NCBI RefSeq assembly: GCF_964204645.1
Contig: NC_134025.1
Location: 27,632,299 to 27,696,298 of the forward strand
Direction: 5' to 3'
Source of the DNA: Tubulanus polymorphus
Lineage: Eukaryota > Animalia > Nemertea
Length of the DNA stretch: 64,000 nucleotides
In this document: in pieces, positions 1-15,200 of the stretch
Layout of the letters: each line of letters opens with the position of its first letter
Position numbering within the stretch: the first letter of the stretch is position 1
Translations under genes and position numbers: made by a program
The notes under the pieces: model-generated
Databases searched by the model: none
Told to the model about the DNA's origin: nothing
Seen by the model: only the letters and a program-made list of their open reading frames with translations

Positions 1-1050
1 AGAAATGAATGGTCAACTATCAGCTAATGATTGGAAGGATCGGTATAAAGGCATTCAGAGAATGTTAGACATGGTCGAGAATAACACTGACGTCGTAGGG
101 AATAATATTGTCAAGGTAAAAATGATACCCCAAAAGGATTTTCGCAATTTGTCTACAGACAATTAGTCATTTTAGCTCATCCTTTATTTTCATTATTTCA
201 GATTTATGATCGATTCATGCCTAGATTACAAGATTCCAACAGTAAAGTGAATTTATTCGCCTTACAAACTCAGTTGCAACTGATTCCACTGCTGAAAGAT
301 TACCTGCCACAGGTGATCAATATGCTCATACCAAACGTGGCCAACAACTTATCATCGAAGAATAAAGATATTTATACTACTGCTGTTGAAATATTAGATG
401 GACTAGTCGAATATATGGGTAAGTGAAGGAATCAATCGATAGATATCTCTGTGAAATAGTAACACGCGTATATCTTATTACATTTGATTATAATTAATCT
501 ATCAGTTCATTATCAAAATAGATCAATCTGTTAATGTTTAGTCTGGGGAAAAAGAACTTTGTTATTATTCCACTTATAATAGACAATTAATGCGAATGTT
601 CTTTTGCAGATGGATCCGTTCTGTTGTCTCCATTTGTGAACCTTGCAACCCAAGGAAACCCTCGTATTAAACCCGATATGGTTGAGAAAGTATCTTGTAA
701 GTCTTTGCATTCCTAAATTTAAGAAGTAGCCTCTGGATTTTTGTCGACGTCTTATTTTTGATAACGCGTTAAATTGTCTACTTTCAGACTTAGTTCCGAG
801 AGTGTATTCACGGAAACAGAAACACGTCGTAAACCACGTGTTTCCTCTCGTCTGGTCGTTACTAGGTTCAGCGACGGGGAGCGGTGCCGTACACGGAGCT
901 ACCGGTAATATTCACAAAGCTACCGCGAAACTCGTCAACAGTCTTTATGCTCAAATGGGACAGTCGTTTTTAGACCACGCCAGCTCAAACCCCAATATAA
1001 CTGGACGCAATCTGAAACAGTTACAAGATATGATCGATAATCCGCCATGA
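1..1050 (+). CDS. TOGARAM1: TOG array regulator of axonemal microtubules (crescerin/FAM179B family), 3' exons only
   Basis: GT-AG exons <1-115, 202-418, 610-696, 788-1050 splice in frame: ...NDWKDRYKGI...IVK|IYDRFMPRLQDSNSKVNLFALQ...NNLSSKNK...VYSRKQKHVVNHVFPLVWSLL; HEAT-repeat TOG4-like sequence recalled from TOGARAM1 (RLxDSNSKVNL). Candidate AATAAA at 2363-2368. Confidence 0.85.
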
Positions 1051-2121
1051 CTTTGTAAATAGTGTAAAATATCGAATGCGTGATAATCTATCTATGAATG
1101 TGGTGACGTTAGGTTCGGGGAAAGCTGTATCGCAAATACCATAGCACAACAACAACGACGCGCGGTAGATTCATATCCAGTGATGTCTCGCGTGCGGATT
1201 CCAGCCAGACAGTCCGTCCAATGAAAGGTGCTCAATGTGTCCGTGTGTGCGCAGGAAAGTGTAGCTATTAATAATATGAACGTACAGAGATTGTAAAACT
1301 GCTCACATAAAAAAAGGCAGATGTGTCAATATGATTTAGTTACAAATGATTAATCACTTGTTATAGCATCCTGCCCTAGTTGTTATTATTATCATTATTA
1401 TTATTATTATTTATAGATATATATACGTACTAAATTGACTGTTTCATCTTGATCATCCCTTCTGTTGTGTAAGATATAATTGTAAGCTTTCGACTTATAA
1501 ATGTGTATGATTTGTTTGTTAATACCAGAAGTAAGAGTATATTTTAGTTTATGCAACGAATGCATAGTCGATGTATGTGTCCTGTTTATCTTTTAACCAG
1601 ACAGTTTTTAGTCTTACGAGATAACTGTAGTATGTAATAATGAGAATTACTTTGCGCATCGCGTAGTTGCCAGTTTTTTTTAGATGATTAGAAAAATCCA
1701 CAGATATTAGAAAATTGGCCGCCCAACATTTTACCACACTACATGTGTTATATCATCTATGGTTTTCCGTCCAGCCAGTTGATAATGATGTATTTAACCG
1801 AAAATCAGTGTACAAGTTGTTTATTTATTTTTGTAACAGATAAAAAATGTACACAGTATATATCAGTGATGTGCACGTTGTTAGTACAGAGAAAGAAATA
1901 AATGGCAATATGTTGTCATAAACACCAAAATGTTTTTCCGTCAATTTGATATTCATGAGGATTTGATATTCTTTGAGGATTACGTTATATGAGGAGTTCT
2001 CAAAAGCTGATAGAACTTTGTTCCAAAGAGGTTTCCATCCCACCTTCATGATAACTCAGTTCATTCAAGATAAGGATATTTATTTACTCTCCAACTAATT
2101 CTATGGCACTTAAGTGATACG

Positions 2122-2204
2122 TTACTCCATCTATTAGAATTTCTGTGAACTAAAACTGCTTCGCACGGCTGTTTAGTTCAAAGGAATGCTAATAGATGGA
2201 GTGA
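2122..2204. repeat. ~83-bp imperfect hairpin (33-bp arms)
   Basis: TTACTCCATCTATTAGAATTTCTGTGAACTAAA ... TTTAGTTCAAAGGAATGCTAATAGATGGAGTGA, 4 mismatches. Confidence 0.8.
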
Positions 2205-4385
2205 TGATCTCTTGTCCACAACAGATGCTAATCCAATATTATATACATTAATTATAGGCAATACAAAAATGATTTGAATTAGAGAAGTATATCAGTGAAC
2301 TTGATGACGATTTAGTAATTAGTTTATTCGAATTTAGTATTGGGTCTTATATTTAACCTGTAAATAAATGATCAAACCTACAGTTAAATGATGGATTATG
2401 CTTTGCTTGTAATGTTTTATTTAGGCGATGAACTACATTTCATCTTAAATTGCACTCTACTGAATGAAATCCATGAAAAAATCTGAATTTGAACTCTTTG
2501 TTGTTTTGTAAATACATGTAGAATAACGAAAGTTATCATCTTTCCCAGGGATGAGGGCACGATGTTGATAGTAGGGCTAGGCTGCTAATTCATCAGAGAA
2601 TTATCATTTTCCTGGTTCCCGGGAAAAATCCTTTACCCTCAATCCCTGCTCTCGATAAAGCAGAATTGCTTCCTTAGGGCAAAATTAGCGACATTTCTTG
2701 AGATCTACTTTTGGTCATGTAACGTTGCTTCATTGTATGTGCAATTCCTTGATTAATAATTCATCTAGTTTAAAACACTTCACCCATGAGAGTTCGATGG
2801 CGATGTCTCTTCCACATTTTAAGAGTATTGAAAATAAATTCTCATGTGGTTTGCTCTTACTCACACTGTTATATCATCTGCGAAACAACTTAACCAACTT
2901 TCTGTGAGAATCTAAAACTTCTTTTTATTATTCACAATAAAAACAATCATATTCAACACACACAACGGAAAAGGTAGAAAGATAAAAGTTACAACTATAC
3001 ATTATAAATGAACCATGGAAAAAACACTGTATAGCAAAAATATAGCCGAAAAAACACACACGACAAATCATGAGATGTTTCAGACTCATAACGATTTGAT
3101 TGAGAGATTTTAAGATAATAAACACCATTCTATTTTCAAGTTTTCATTTAAATGCATTGATTATCATGCATAAACAGACAATGTTTTTTCCTTGGTTATC
3201 ACTGGGTTGTTTTGTTATTTGGCAGAGTAAATGACCAGCACATTGATTAATGATCAGTCGTCCTTCATCCACAAAATCTTGACACGATACGATGAAATGA
3301 CCCTTTATCAATTGGAAGAACTCAAACAGGATATACAAATCTACAAGCCTGCTTGTAGAAATTTACATAATATATGACTGCGTATATATATAAAATTCTA
3401 CTTTCATTATATTTTTGAGAATAATATGCGAATATAAGTAAACAATAAGAATGATGAAGATAGAGAAATATGTAGTAATTCATTAGTCTTACGAAACAGT
3501 TATACATAATATGTGCTGTATAAAGAATTTACAGATACATGTACAATACATCAACGCATTCAGTTTACCCATTGTGGTATATCATAGACATAATATATAA
3601 CTGTTAACCACATTCATTATCAATACCGCACAGGTTCTTTTTTCGAATCGAAATACATGTACATCATATGAAAGCTCAAAATATCTCCTCACTCAGCGGA
3701 AAAAAATATCCACTTATTAACCGACAATTTCATTAAGAATTGCCCACACCCATAAATCTTCCAAATCTCCAACACTAGGTGAAATGCAAATTGGCAGATC
3801 CATTTTCTTGATTGTCTAAGTAGAGAATTAAAAGCTGAATGGTTAATTATTGACCAAATGATTGTAATTACTGCACATACAGATTAGATACATACGCAAC
3901 ATAATTATGGTCTCCAACTATCCGAAATCATTCAATTATCTTGACCATTAAATCACCCATCACAAACATCTATCTATCATACGTAATAGTTAGAATGAGA
4001 AAATTTATAATCTAGAAGGTTTCTTCTGGCTCTTTTTCCCCTAACATAAATTTTTTCGCAATGAATTAAATCTAGAAAAAGTGATATTCACCCTGAGATG
4101 AACTGTGTGCACTGTATTACCCATTCAAAATTACTTGAATAAACAAAAATATCAACAAGTACAAATATATTTCAGTTTCAGTCACTTCAACTTAACCAAC
4201 GTTACATCATTCATAGGTCAATAATACAGATAATTGAAAGAAATCAATTCCATGAATACATTTAGTTTTTTAAACATTTTTCATACACGCCAAATTTATT
4301 GACTGGAAGATTCAGATAAAATACTTTTGATATAAATATGAACAAAATACGAAATAAAGAAACATACAGATACTGATGGATTTTT

Positions 4386-7300
4386 TTAGATGATAACATC
4401 AACATTGACTGGTATATCAGTACGTCTGACCCAGATTTCATCGCTGTTATCATTATTGTCGTTCTGAGGTTTCACGGATGTCGAGGGAATTTCCTCTTTA
4501 ACAGGGTTATCGACCGGTGGATTATACGACACGTATTGTATCGGACGAGTCATTTTCGGAGGCTCTTGAATGTTTGAATCTCTCCGGTTTGAGCCTAAAG
4601 ACGCGCTACTCAGTCGGCGCTGTAATTCTCGGCTAAATCTACGCGGAAATTTGTTTTTCTGATCAAGACGCGAACCTTTGATGTTCGTAAGAGGTTCCAG
4701 TTCGTGAGTTTCGCTACTGTTTGTAGCGTGATTAGTGCTCGATGTTGACATCGTCGACTCAGACAATGCGTATACAGTCTTATCGACGTGTTCACGGTTA
4801 GACGAACAACAATCAGACGACGGCCAGTGAAATTGACCGAAAGATCCCTGCGGTCCTATTACACGCAACAACGACTGAAAGAAGAATGTTGAGCAAAACC
4901 AACTACTGGTCATCACAATCATAATAAATGTGCCTATATGTCTATAGGCTAGAATTGTTGAAGGCATCATTAAAGCACCGGCTAGGAATGTAGTTACTGC
5001 CGCCATTGCTATCGCGCTACCCATGCGTTCTATGGAACACACGACACGGGTTTCTCGGTCCAAGTCCGGTGACAAACGATATGCTACACCATAGTGTAGA
5101 GTAAAATCTATGGATAAACCAACGGCTATGGAAATTGTAGTTGATTCGAGTACCCCGAGCTGCCAACCTAGAAGGACTAATGATCCCACCGTTATAGAGA
5201 TTGTCACAACAATTGTCAGTAAGGCATAAAGACTAATGAGCAGATTAAGTGTAGTAAAAAATATCATTACAAGTGATACTGTTATTGCGACTCCAATCGC
5301 TACCGGAGTTCCACTCGCAATTGTATTTTGAAGGTCATAGAATTTAAGTTCGCTTATAAACCAGCCATTTTTAAATTCTGGTGGCGCGGACAACATTTCT
5401 TTCTCAGTCCACGAGTTCATTGTTTGGTAGAATTCCTCCATAGTTAAGTACGAATTAGTGAAAGGAATTTGACTGTTAAACTCAACTATGAGAGCTACGA
5501 TTTTTCCGCTGTCTTTCGAATATCGAGGTCCGGCCATTTTGTTATAAACGAACGGTAATCGGCTTACTTCTGGAGTGTACTGGCGGACACATTCTCGGAA
5601 TACTTCTTCGGGATATGGAAATTTATACTTATCACAACACGGTTCATATACGTGACCATTACTATCTTTACACGGGCGTTCCATAAACATCTGTTTGAAC
5701 TGTTCTATGAAACAATTCGTTAATTCTAAACCCGGGGAATTTTTGTAGTATTTATGACGTCGTAATTTTCTGCAAAATTTCAATAGCCATATTTGAGACT
5801 CTTTCGCCGAGATGTCGAATGTGTTGTCGAGTACCAAAGTTCCGCTACTCGTCGGATCGAGCATGTTCCCATTATCGATGGCTTTTACTCCCCAGATCGC
5901 TGTCAATGGCATCATCGGGACATTTGTTCCGGCAGCTTTTTCGAACCAGAACTTGTCGCGAATGTCGTAGTCGTAAACTTCGAACGGGTGATCTCTGGAA
6001 AATACTTGAAATTCCCTGCTCGTAGGAAGTTTCATACCCGGATATCGAAGTATGAATACGATACCACAAATACCCATACAGCCGAACAGGGCGAGCCACA
6101 GATAACGCGCCTTAATCACGATACACGGTAGCAATTTCTCAAAGAATATTCGAGACCAATCCGCAACCCTATCATACAGTTCATACGGCCAATGACATAC
6201 GGTATACCAACAGCTGTGGTTTTGCCTATTTGGGCTGTAACAACACGAACACCATTTCTCCTGTATCACTATTGATGCAGGGATCCACGTGACCATCAAA
6301 AGGAAGTTCGCTAAAACTGTCGTACCTGCATAAATAGCAAAACAGCGAATCGCCGTTATGTTACTGATGTAATTTACATAAAATGCCGCAGCAGTGGTAA
6401 ACGTTGTCACAAACATTGACAGTGTTGCATGTTTCAATGTATCGGAAATAATCTTATCCAGCGTTCCATTGTTTTTTTCGGATTTCGCAAGGCACCATAT
6501 TTTGCAATATATAAATACGTCATCGGCACCGATGCCGATAGCTATCACTATAGTTAAGAGATTCATAAAGGGGAAGAACTTGATCTCAAATACCATCGTG
6601 TATAAAAAGTAAGCGATTTTCAGAGATAATACGACAACGCTGACTGTCATTATCGTTATGAATAAAGATGTCGTATACAACCATATACAAATAAGTATGA
6701 TCGTCAACGCAACTCCGATCCATAACGTATCGTCTTTTAGAAAATCGTCGAATAACGCGTATTTTATGTCGAACTGAATGGCTATGACTTTTATGTTACC
6801 GTTTTGTAGATCGGAGTTTGAAATTTCTTTGTACAAGGGTATAGTAGCAGTACCCACGGCTATGGGCAGGAATGTGATCGCATAGGAAAGATGAGGAAAG
6901 AACGACTCCGTTCCTTTTTGCATAAAATCGACGTCGGTCAAATAGTGAAGGATTTCGTAGACGGCGTTGTACTGCCAACACTCTAACGGTATTTTCTGAC
7001 ACTTTTTGCGCCGTTGTTGTTTCGAGCGCAAAATGTTCTGCAAATAACTGTCCTCCCACGACCAACAGTCCGACTCCAGCGTGAAGTTGAAATAGAACGC
7101 GCTGCATTTTTGTACGCGCTGTAAAGTATGTCCGACATCGAGTGCGGTGATGTCATCGCAAGTTGACTTATTACTCAGCATGGCGACGTAGTTTCCTAAT
7201 GACCAGCTCGCGCAGCATTTCGCTTTGAGACCCCTTGTACAAATGTTGGTGAATTCTCGTCGACCAAGTATCTCATCCTTCTCGATTGCACACATCGTCT

Positions 7301-9166
7301 TGATGTTTTCATAGGTGAACAAATTACCACCATCAATTGCTTGGTAAACAATGCGGGCGTACTCCTTCCCTGTAAATAGCCAGAAGGACAACACATTAGA
7401 GACCGAGACATATAAACACTTATCAATCGACATCCATTAACACTTTCCACAATCAATAATTAGACATCAATAACGTCACAAAAAAAACGTATCACGCCTA
7501 ATGAACTACAGAACCACTTTAAAACATACAACGCTTAGTTTTTATGGATACACTTATGTGCGAAAAGCATATTAGAAATCGTCTGAGTTTTGATCTGTGA
7601 AACGCGGATGAAGTACTGATTCGATGTCTGTTCTTAATGAACTCCATTACCTAAATGAACTAATTCAAGGAGAACCACTCAGAACCAGTGGATCAGACAT
7701 CATTAAACACTTCATGATTAAGAACCATTCTAAAATAGGTCATTAATCCCTATTACCCTAGAAATTTCGAATAGCCATACATCAATAATGTCTACTTGAC
7801 AGTCTTCATAATCGGCATTTTTATTTTCTTATGACTACGGGATTTCGTAATCAATCATTCTCAAATGCAATTAATCTGTAGGAATAAGGTATTGTTATCA
7901 TTGCGAAGGGGTTTAAAGTTTAGCTGAGAAATGATTTTTGCATGACATCATCGCGTAGGAGTTTAAAGTGTGGAGTATTTTCACGTTGATGACACACCTG
8001 ATCTAATGTTGAAGAGACAAATATTGTATAACTATGCGGCAGATATAACATTTGACTGGTTTGATGATTAATTATCTCCAGATGTCAGTTCCTCATATAC
8101 TAGTGCTTGTACTTGCTTATCAGTAGATAGAGGTAGATAGGCATTTGTGACTTATGAATTTATGGAATCGACTCACACTATCACTAGTTGGACCGTTCCA
8201 AATGTACCTGCAAGGGACCAAATATAGAATGGGCCATATCAGTGTGCGTTCACACATGCATTGCTGAATTGGCTATAATGCAGAATATAATATTGAACAG
8301 TCCTGGAACCAATTTCTGTCCACATTCACACAGATTAAGTCCATTCCAAAATTTAGAATGGACCTGGATCGATCTTTTAGGTCAGTCCAAATTGGAATGG
8401 CCCAATTCGGGACCGGACTTCTTGCAAGTGTGAACGCTTGGAACGTTTTAAATTGGAACGGGCCAAATTCAGACCGTTCTAAATAACGTAGCACGAACTA
8501 TGAATATATCGTAATCAAACAATATACAAATCATAAAATTGCTTCCAAATGCAATAAAAACAACGTTTAGAAACATAATCATGAAAGCTCGATAACCGAT
8601 CGACGAAATGAAGAAATAAGCACATACGACCACACGCAAGTATATCGTGTATATTCATCAAATTTCCTATTCTGAAAAGCAATCTCAATTTCCTGATATC
8701 GAATGATGTTATGCGCAAATAGTCCGCAGATTGGAATTTTTGTTCAAATATTGAATGATGAGAGCGCGAGATACAGAATACGATTCTACAATAATCCGTT
8801 TCAAATAATCGAGCTTATTTCTTCACGGGCGGCACTTCTGGTCGGAAAACTGACGCCGACCGCTGTCGAGAAAAAAAACGATTATCCGAATGCGTCGCAT
8901 CACACCGCCCCTGACCGAGGTAACGAGGACCAGAAACAATTACTATTTCCAAAACGAGCCACAATTCCCGAAGCAAATGACCGAAAGATCAGCCATATTT
9001 ACCGAGCGACGCCGAACCGAAATAAGAGGCTATTCTGTGACGAAACAGTGAACATTTGTGACATATGGAGTTAATGTTTTCTCATTACGTAGGAGATCGG
9101 ATGAAAGAAGGAAGGACAGAGACATATACTGAATTCAGAACAGTCTATCTACATGAGATTAATCCG

Positions 9167-9244
<78 letters not shown>

Positions 9245-12200
9245 TTATCGTAGGAAGCAATAAACAACGCCACTATTGGTATTACTTCTGTCGCTTCTGT
9301 CTTTCAGCCCACCTGATAATTTGAGAATTGCCCGAAGACTGATTTACTGAAACTGAGAAGCTTAAGATATATCATTATTGCGATCACGTACTGGTAATTT
9401 TACTAGAGGAATGATACCGACGACACGGCAGCAGCGGCGGCGTCCCGAGGACATTGTGTCTTTTAATTCGCTACATGTGTAAACTTAATCATATACGGAA
9501 TGCTAACAAGCAGAATTGGACCACCAGGAGATGTGGCTCATTGTCTTGAAATATCATAAAATAAATCATAACATTCATAACACGCCGGTGTTCTTATGGA
9601 TTCCATGTTGCCTGTGCATAACAAATTCTGTTCTGGTGTTGACAGGTACTTTGTCAAGGCAAGGAGCTATACAACAGCTGAACGTTACCATTTATAATAC
9701 CTGTCACTACTTACCTGGTACCAGCCGCAGGGAATGCGTGATTTATCGACATACCAAAATGGCCACCTATCAACTACCACACCACAGACAAGATAGCAAC
9801 CATTGGTTTGGGATTTTGGTAATGAACCAAAACAACCAACAGTTATCCTAACGAGGCACAGAGGAAAATACGGATGAGCTTACACAACCTTTCGACACAT
9901 AATGCGCACAGCCCAAAGACTAAAAGACAAAGAAGCCTGGAAGCTTCTTCTCATAGTCAGACAGCTTATGTTAGACTTCAAAGATGATGATCTATAAGAT
10001 CACGAGCTGCTCTGACAATCGAAGAGTCAAAGAACCAAAATGGCCGTCATTAAGCTTTCTTCGGACATTGCAGAAACAAACGGCCATTAGTACAGATGAA
10101 CACAGTGGTATGGTGCGTACAGAGAATGGGACTGAACGCGTACTGCTGCGGTGAAGAGAGGTTTTTAATGTCCTAGTAGAGTATAACATAACGCGAAAAC
10201 GATGGGAAAAAACTGTGCGCATAAGTAAGAAAGCAAAACATCTGAAGTAGTTTACTAAGTAAGCTGTCACCGGATCGTGCTGATTTTTGAAACGAATATA
10301 ATACCGTGGATAAACAGTCTTAAATGAACGATATATGTATGGATATAGCATACCAGACACAGGTGCTATGTATACTTGGTTACTATTTAGACTGAAGCTT
10401 TTTTGAGCGATTAAAAAAGGAACACATTTTCAGAGGTGTATAAGGTGTCTGAGGGAATTAGGACAGAAATTGGTAGCGCATTGATTTTGGGGTAGAGAAC
10501 TGACCGCTGATGGAAACACGACTACCCTCGAGGGATTAGTGGAAAGGATGATGCTCTAAATGGCTCAGTATGTTTGTCGGTGATGGTCATCGCTACCAGG
10601 GGTTCTTCAATGAAGCGAAATCAAAGTGAAATGCGAGAATGCGACCGAGAATCTGGCGTAATGCGATACGATTGTCGTATACCGGACATTCTTCGTACGA
10701 GACATTTCACCGATAGGTGACCGTTCACTCATAATCATCAGATCAATAGAGAACATCGCGGCAAACATTCCGATACCTAAACTGAATAGCGTTCGATTAC
10801 AGTTCAAATGAATCGTACAAGTTCATTCCGTATTGAAGTACTGAGCCGTGAGCCAAACAAATATCTAAAATTAGACCTAAATCATTAAACATTGTCAGTC
10901 AAGTTCTCTCACATTCTGTGTCATACGTTGCTATTGACGTCATCAGAAAAATTAATTTTAAGATAAGCAGTATACGGCGCCGGCGCAGAATAGGAAAAAA
11001 TGTTTTGACAGGTTTTTTGTCGCGGCGAACAAATCTGCATCAGGAAACCGCGATGGTTTCATGAAGATATATGAGTTTTTAGTTGAAACCGAGCGACTCT
11101 CGAGAACAATAAGAGAAAATTGCATTATGTGGAAACTCTAATAAAATCTCGGTCTTATGAAGTAGACCATCTATAAATCATTAACGCAATAACCAACAAA
11201 TAATTAACAATCCTAAATTACTTCTCAATAGGGACCCAATGGCAGAAAACAATAATGTATTTCATTCGATAACGTATAATCACTATACTTTTTAATTACG
11301 AGCCTCATAAAAACATCTCCTCTCTCGGGACTTCGAATAAACCTCGGCAAACAAAACACTTTTTTCTATCGATTTTCATCCGTGTCAAGGGAAAAGGGAA
11401 TGACGTCAATCACCGACTACTGAAATTGGCGACGCTGCAGTCGACTGTGGCGAGCGAGGATCCACCAGGTGACAACAGTTTGCATTAGAACTGGGATGAC
11501 TTATTTCATCTCAGATTCAATTAAAATCTCACCTTCATTTCTCATGTGAACCCTTAACATTGATCCGAGTTTATCCAGACATTTGCTTAAATTTCTATGT
11601 GGGAAGATGGAAAATCTGGTTATACCATCTGCCGGGATAGCCGGTGCTACAGGGTCTTCTTAAACTACAATCCTAATCCTAACCCCTTTTATATCACATT
11701 ATAAAGGACCGGAATATGTTTGATCGTAAATCAGGGCAAATATCTGTTGAACCCATACGGTCGCAAAATTTCAACTCTGAATTTCGATGGTGCTGTTTCA
11801 TCATCACAATGACCGAACCTTTCAGAGAAGTTTCATTTCATAACTGAATGCATTCATATCGTTAATGGATATATTGAATTTGAAATGACTGGTAACAAGC
11901 TTATCATTAGTAGCAGAACTTACTGGTGCACTTGATAATATGACATATAATCGATAAAATGGACACTAAGAACTAAAATCTGCGATTGTGCCTGACATGT
12001 TTCACAATATGAACATTGGAAGCAAAAATAGAATATTCGATGCGGTTTCCCCGTTAACAAGTGCAAGTCCATGAATATTCATCAAATGTCAGTGGTCGAC
12101 TATGAACTGGGTCACGCGGGCAAGAATGACGTCAGAAACTTCCGAGTCCTGATGTATCATGTCGATAGCTTCCTCCTTTGACTCATTCCGATACAATCAC

Positions 12201-15200
12201 TGTTTCTATCAATCTATGAGTTCTAAAAGTACCCACACATGGGGAGTATTAAACCTGAATACGTTATATTCTGACGTCAATTCAACGGCAAACTAAAGAA
12301 AATAGCTCAGACATGCCAAATTATTTAGATTTCCATTTAATCAAACCATCAAAGCAGCCAGAGACTGATTGTTATTTTTAGATTCGAAGCACTAAAAGAT
12401 GTGCAGTCCTATTCATTGTTTGGGTATTGCTATTTTTGGTCGCGATTGTCAAGAATTGATTATCCGAATAGAAAAAAAAACCCGTCTCGACCATAATCGA
12501 CGAAAGACTTTTAGACGTCGGAAAGCAAATAAAGATGTGATTTCTGCGTAGGGTTCAGAAAGTGATTCCAAAGGAGTGGAATAACACCCTACATTTGAAC
12601 AATACGGAGGAGAGGCGGCGAGCAAAAACTGACAAAAATAATTGAGTCACTTATGACACAAACGCGATGAAACGCGAGACAAATCATGATTCATATGATT
12701 AAATATAACCGACGTAGCAGATGATAACTGCAGCGTCTTTGACCCTGTCACGATTTTGAAACTTTGACATGAAATCAAAAACTCAATGAAACAGCAGAAA
12801 GATAGCAATATATATATTCAATATCATATAAATTCAGATGTTTCAGTCGTCACCTGATGAATACGCATTGCCGGAAGCAGACATCAACCTGTCAACAAGG
12901 TCGCGTGGCTCGAAAACACACCTTTTAATAGATAGAAACCACGGAGAAACTGATGGATTTATTCCTGAACACTTCACGTAAACATGAAGATAATGATGAC
13001 ATAAAACTATCTACGCATCAACGATAAACGAAACTCTTTTAAGATGCGCCGATTATAGAAATACATGATCGCGCAAACATACTGATTTAACAGTGATTAG
13101 TAAACCAACGGGAAGCATTAGATATTTATAGATACATGTTCTATAAATAGAACGGAGCCGTTTTATCTGTGGAGACAGCAGTTCTATTATTAGCTTGATA
13201 AAATGCGGTGCGCGAGTCGTCTTACGAGTCATCTTACGTTTAACCCTTTACCTCCAGAGAGAGAGAGAGAGAGATTTGTGATGAGGCGATGATGATGATG
13301 AGTGAACCCATTGTTAGACAGCGAGTATGAAACATAAGCGGTACGAAACTGAAGAATCAACTTGGCCTCGGAGAAAACAGCGACAGCTAATATTCTACTG
13401 TGTGGGAGAAATCAGACAGATATGGGCAAAAAATAGATTGTAGACATACATGATTCATCAACTGAAATAACGAATTTGCGCAGATTCAGCGCAGATTCTC
13501 CACAGATGACACAATGTAGTTGTAGTGAAAGTTGAATAATACTATCCTAGTGCGGATTTTTGATACATATTTCTTTTGTAAAATGATGTGATCAGCAGTT
13601 TAAATTTTGTATCATAATCATGATTTTCACCATTTTGATATGCCGTTAACTTACTAAAACTGATACTAATGGTACGGTCAGAATTAAATTTCACACTAGA
13701 TTTTAATAGGTTTATGAATACACGGTGGTCGAAGTATGATACTTACTCGGTTCATCGCAGAAATATCTTTTTCGCGCGTTCCAATTCATCTTGCCGGTTC
13801 GATTTTCTTGATGTCGATTTATGTTAATGTGATGTTTAGTAGCTAATGGTTGACGGAATTCTTCTTGATTCATCTGTTTGGATCCTTGATACAGATATGG
13901 ATATGACGGCAATGTGTCGACGGTAACCGTACTGTCTAATAGATTATTCCAGCTCTTTATTCGACGTCCGATCTCAGTCCCACGCGGTTCGAAACCCTGA
14001 AAAGATACATCATTCGGAAGGCGATGAAAAATCTGTTTCGACATACCCGGTAACTTACTAGAGCAATATAGAAGATAGCATCAGACTTAGTTCGCTATTT
14101 TCACCTTTGAAAATCCTTCATTTGAAGTGCTTAATTTTTTGCATGGGAATGACATTTTATGTGTGCTCACACATAAATCCCCGCGGCAATCTTCTTTAAA
14201 AAGATCCATTAGAGACCGCACTGAACGCAGTTATTACCATTGCTTTAATGGCTTAAATTGACGATATTCGTTGGAAGTGTTCGCAGCAATATAAAATGAC
14301 TGAAGAACATGGAATATGTGAAGTATATCGTAACTGGGTGCCGAGCGCGTTATGATACATACAGATATAATCGTATATCGTCTAGGGACGTTCGAGTGAA
14401 TTTTATTTCGTCCATAAATTCATTAGATTCGATTCTGCGACATTTGATGGCATGAATAATGAACGGGTAATGCCTCAAACGTGTAATTAAGTCGCTGAAA
14501 CTATCAACACCGACATGAAAATGACACATGAACACTCGGCGGTTCAGCCGGTTAAAATACCTCGCAATTTTTTCATTATAAAACCAGCGCGTTCTCGTCT
14601 GAACGAACTGAATAATGAATCGCTATTCAATTTACATTCAGATTTGGCAATTTCGCGCCGTTTAATTATGAATGAAAAGGAAAGGAAATGAGACGTCTGA
14701 AATAATGAAAAATTTCTTCGTCATAAAACACTTTCGTTGACAATCGCACACGGTTTTCGTTTTATCGTACCGTGATTAACCGGGCCGATATGATTGCCCG
14801 ATTTCTATGAAATCGAGATGACCTTTCGAGTTGATAGCGGTCAATTTTTCTCAGTAGTCGACAGACGGTGAAACGTGTTTGATGGATTTTTGCACGGTTT
14901 AGCCAATCAACCTCCCTCTACTCGTCTCACTCTGCGTCTGCCCTAGAATGCTGACGATGAATACAACTTGCGTTTTATCATTGTCCATTGATCGCTAGCG
15001 ATAATGTATCATTCATATAACGAAGTAGATTCCATCACAAATCACATGTCCTTGACTATTTTATAAATTCGCATTACCCATCGGAATAGTCGGATAGAAA
15101 TCATACATGTCTTCCTGACGCAAATGTCTGTAAACTTTCGATATATGAGACAGCTAGTGAAGCTTATGAAAATTTCGCGTGCCAGAGCAATGGGCGCATA

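Noticed and set aside
7370-7433. ORF-track N-terminus MSIDKCLY... of the 1015-aa ORF
   Set aside because: Lies upstream of a TTTACAG acceptor; conserved upstream exons splice in at 7369.
5793-7456. Short overlapping/antisense ORFs within the dispatched exon (also within Girdin exons 41366-44382)
   Set aside because: Shadow frames of real coding exons with no recognisable motifs.
9500-10600. Possible decayed LINE (RTE-like WFG.. and AQ..D..AW.. words, GATGATGA tail)
   Set aside because: Too degenerate to support without a profile search.
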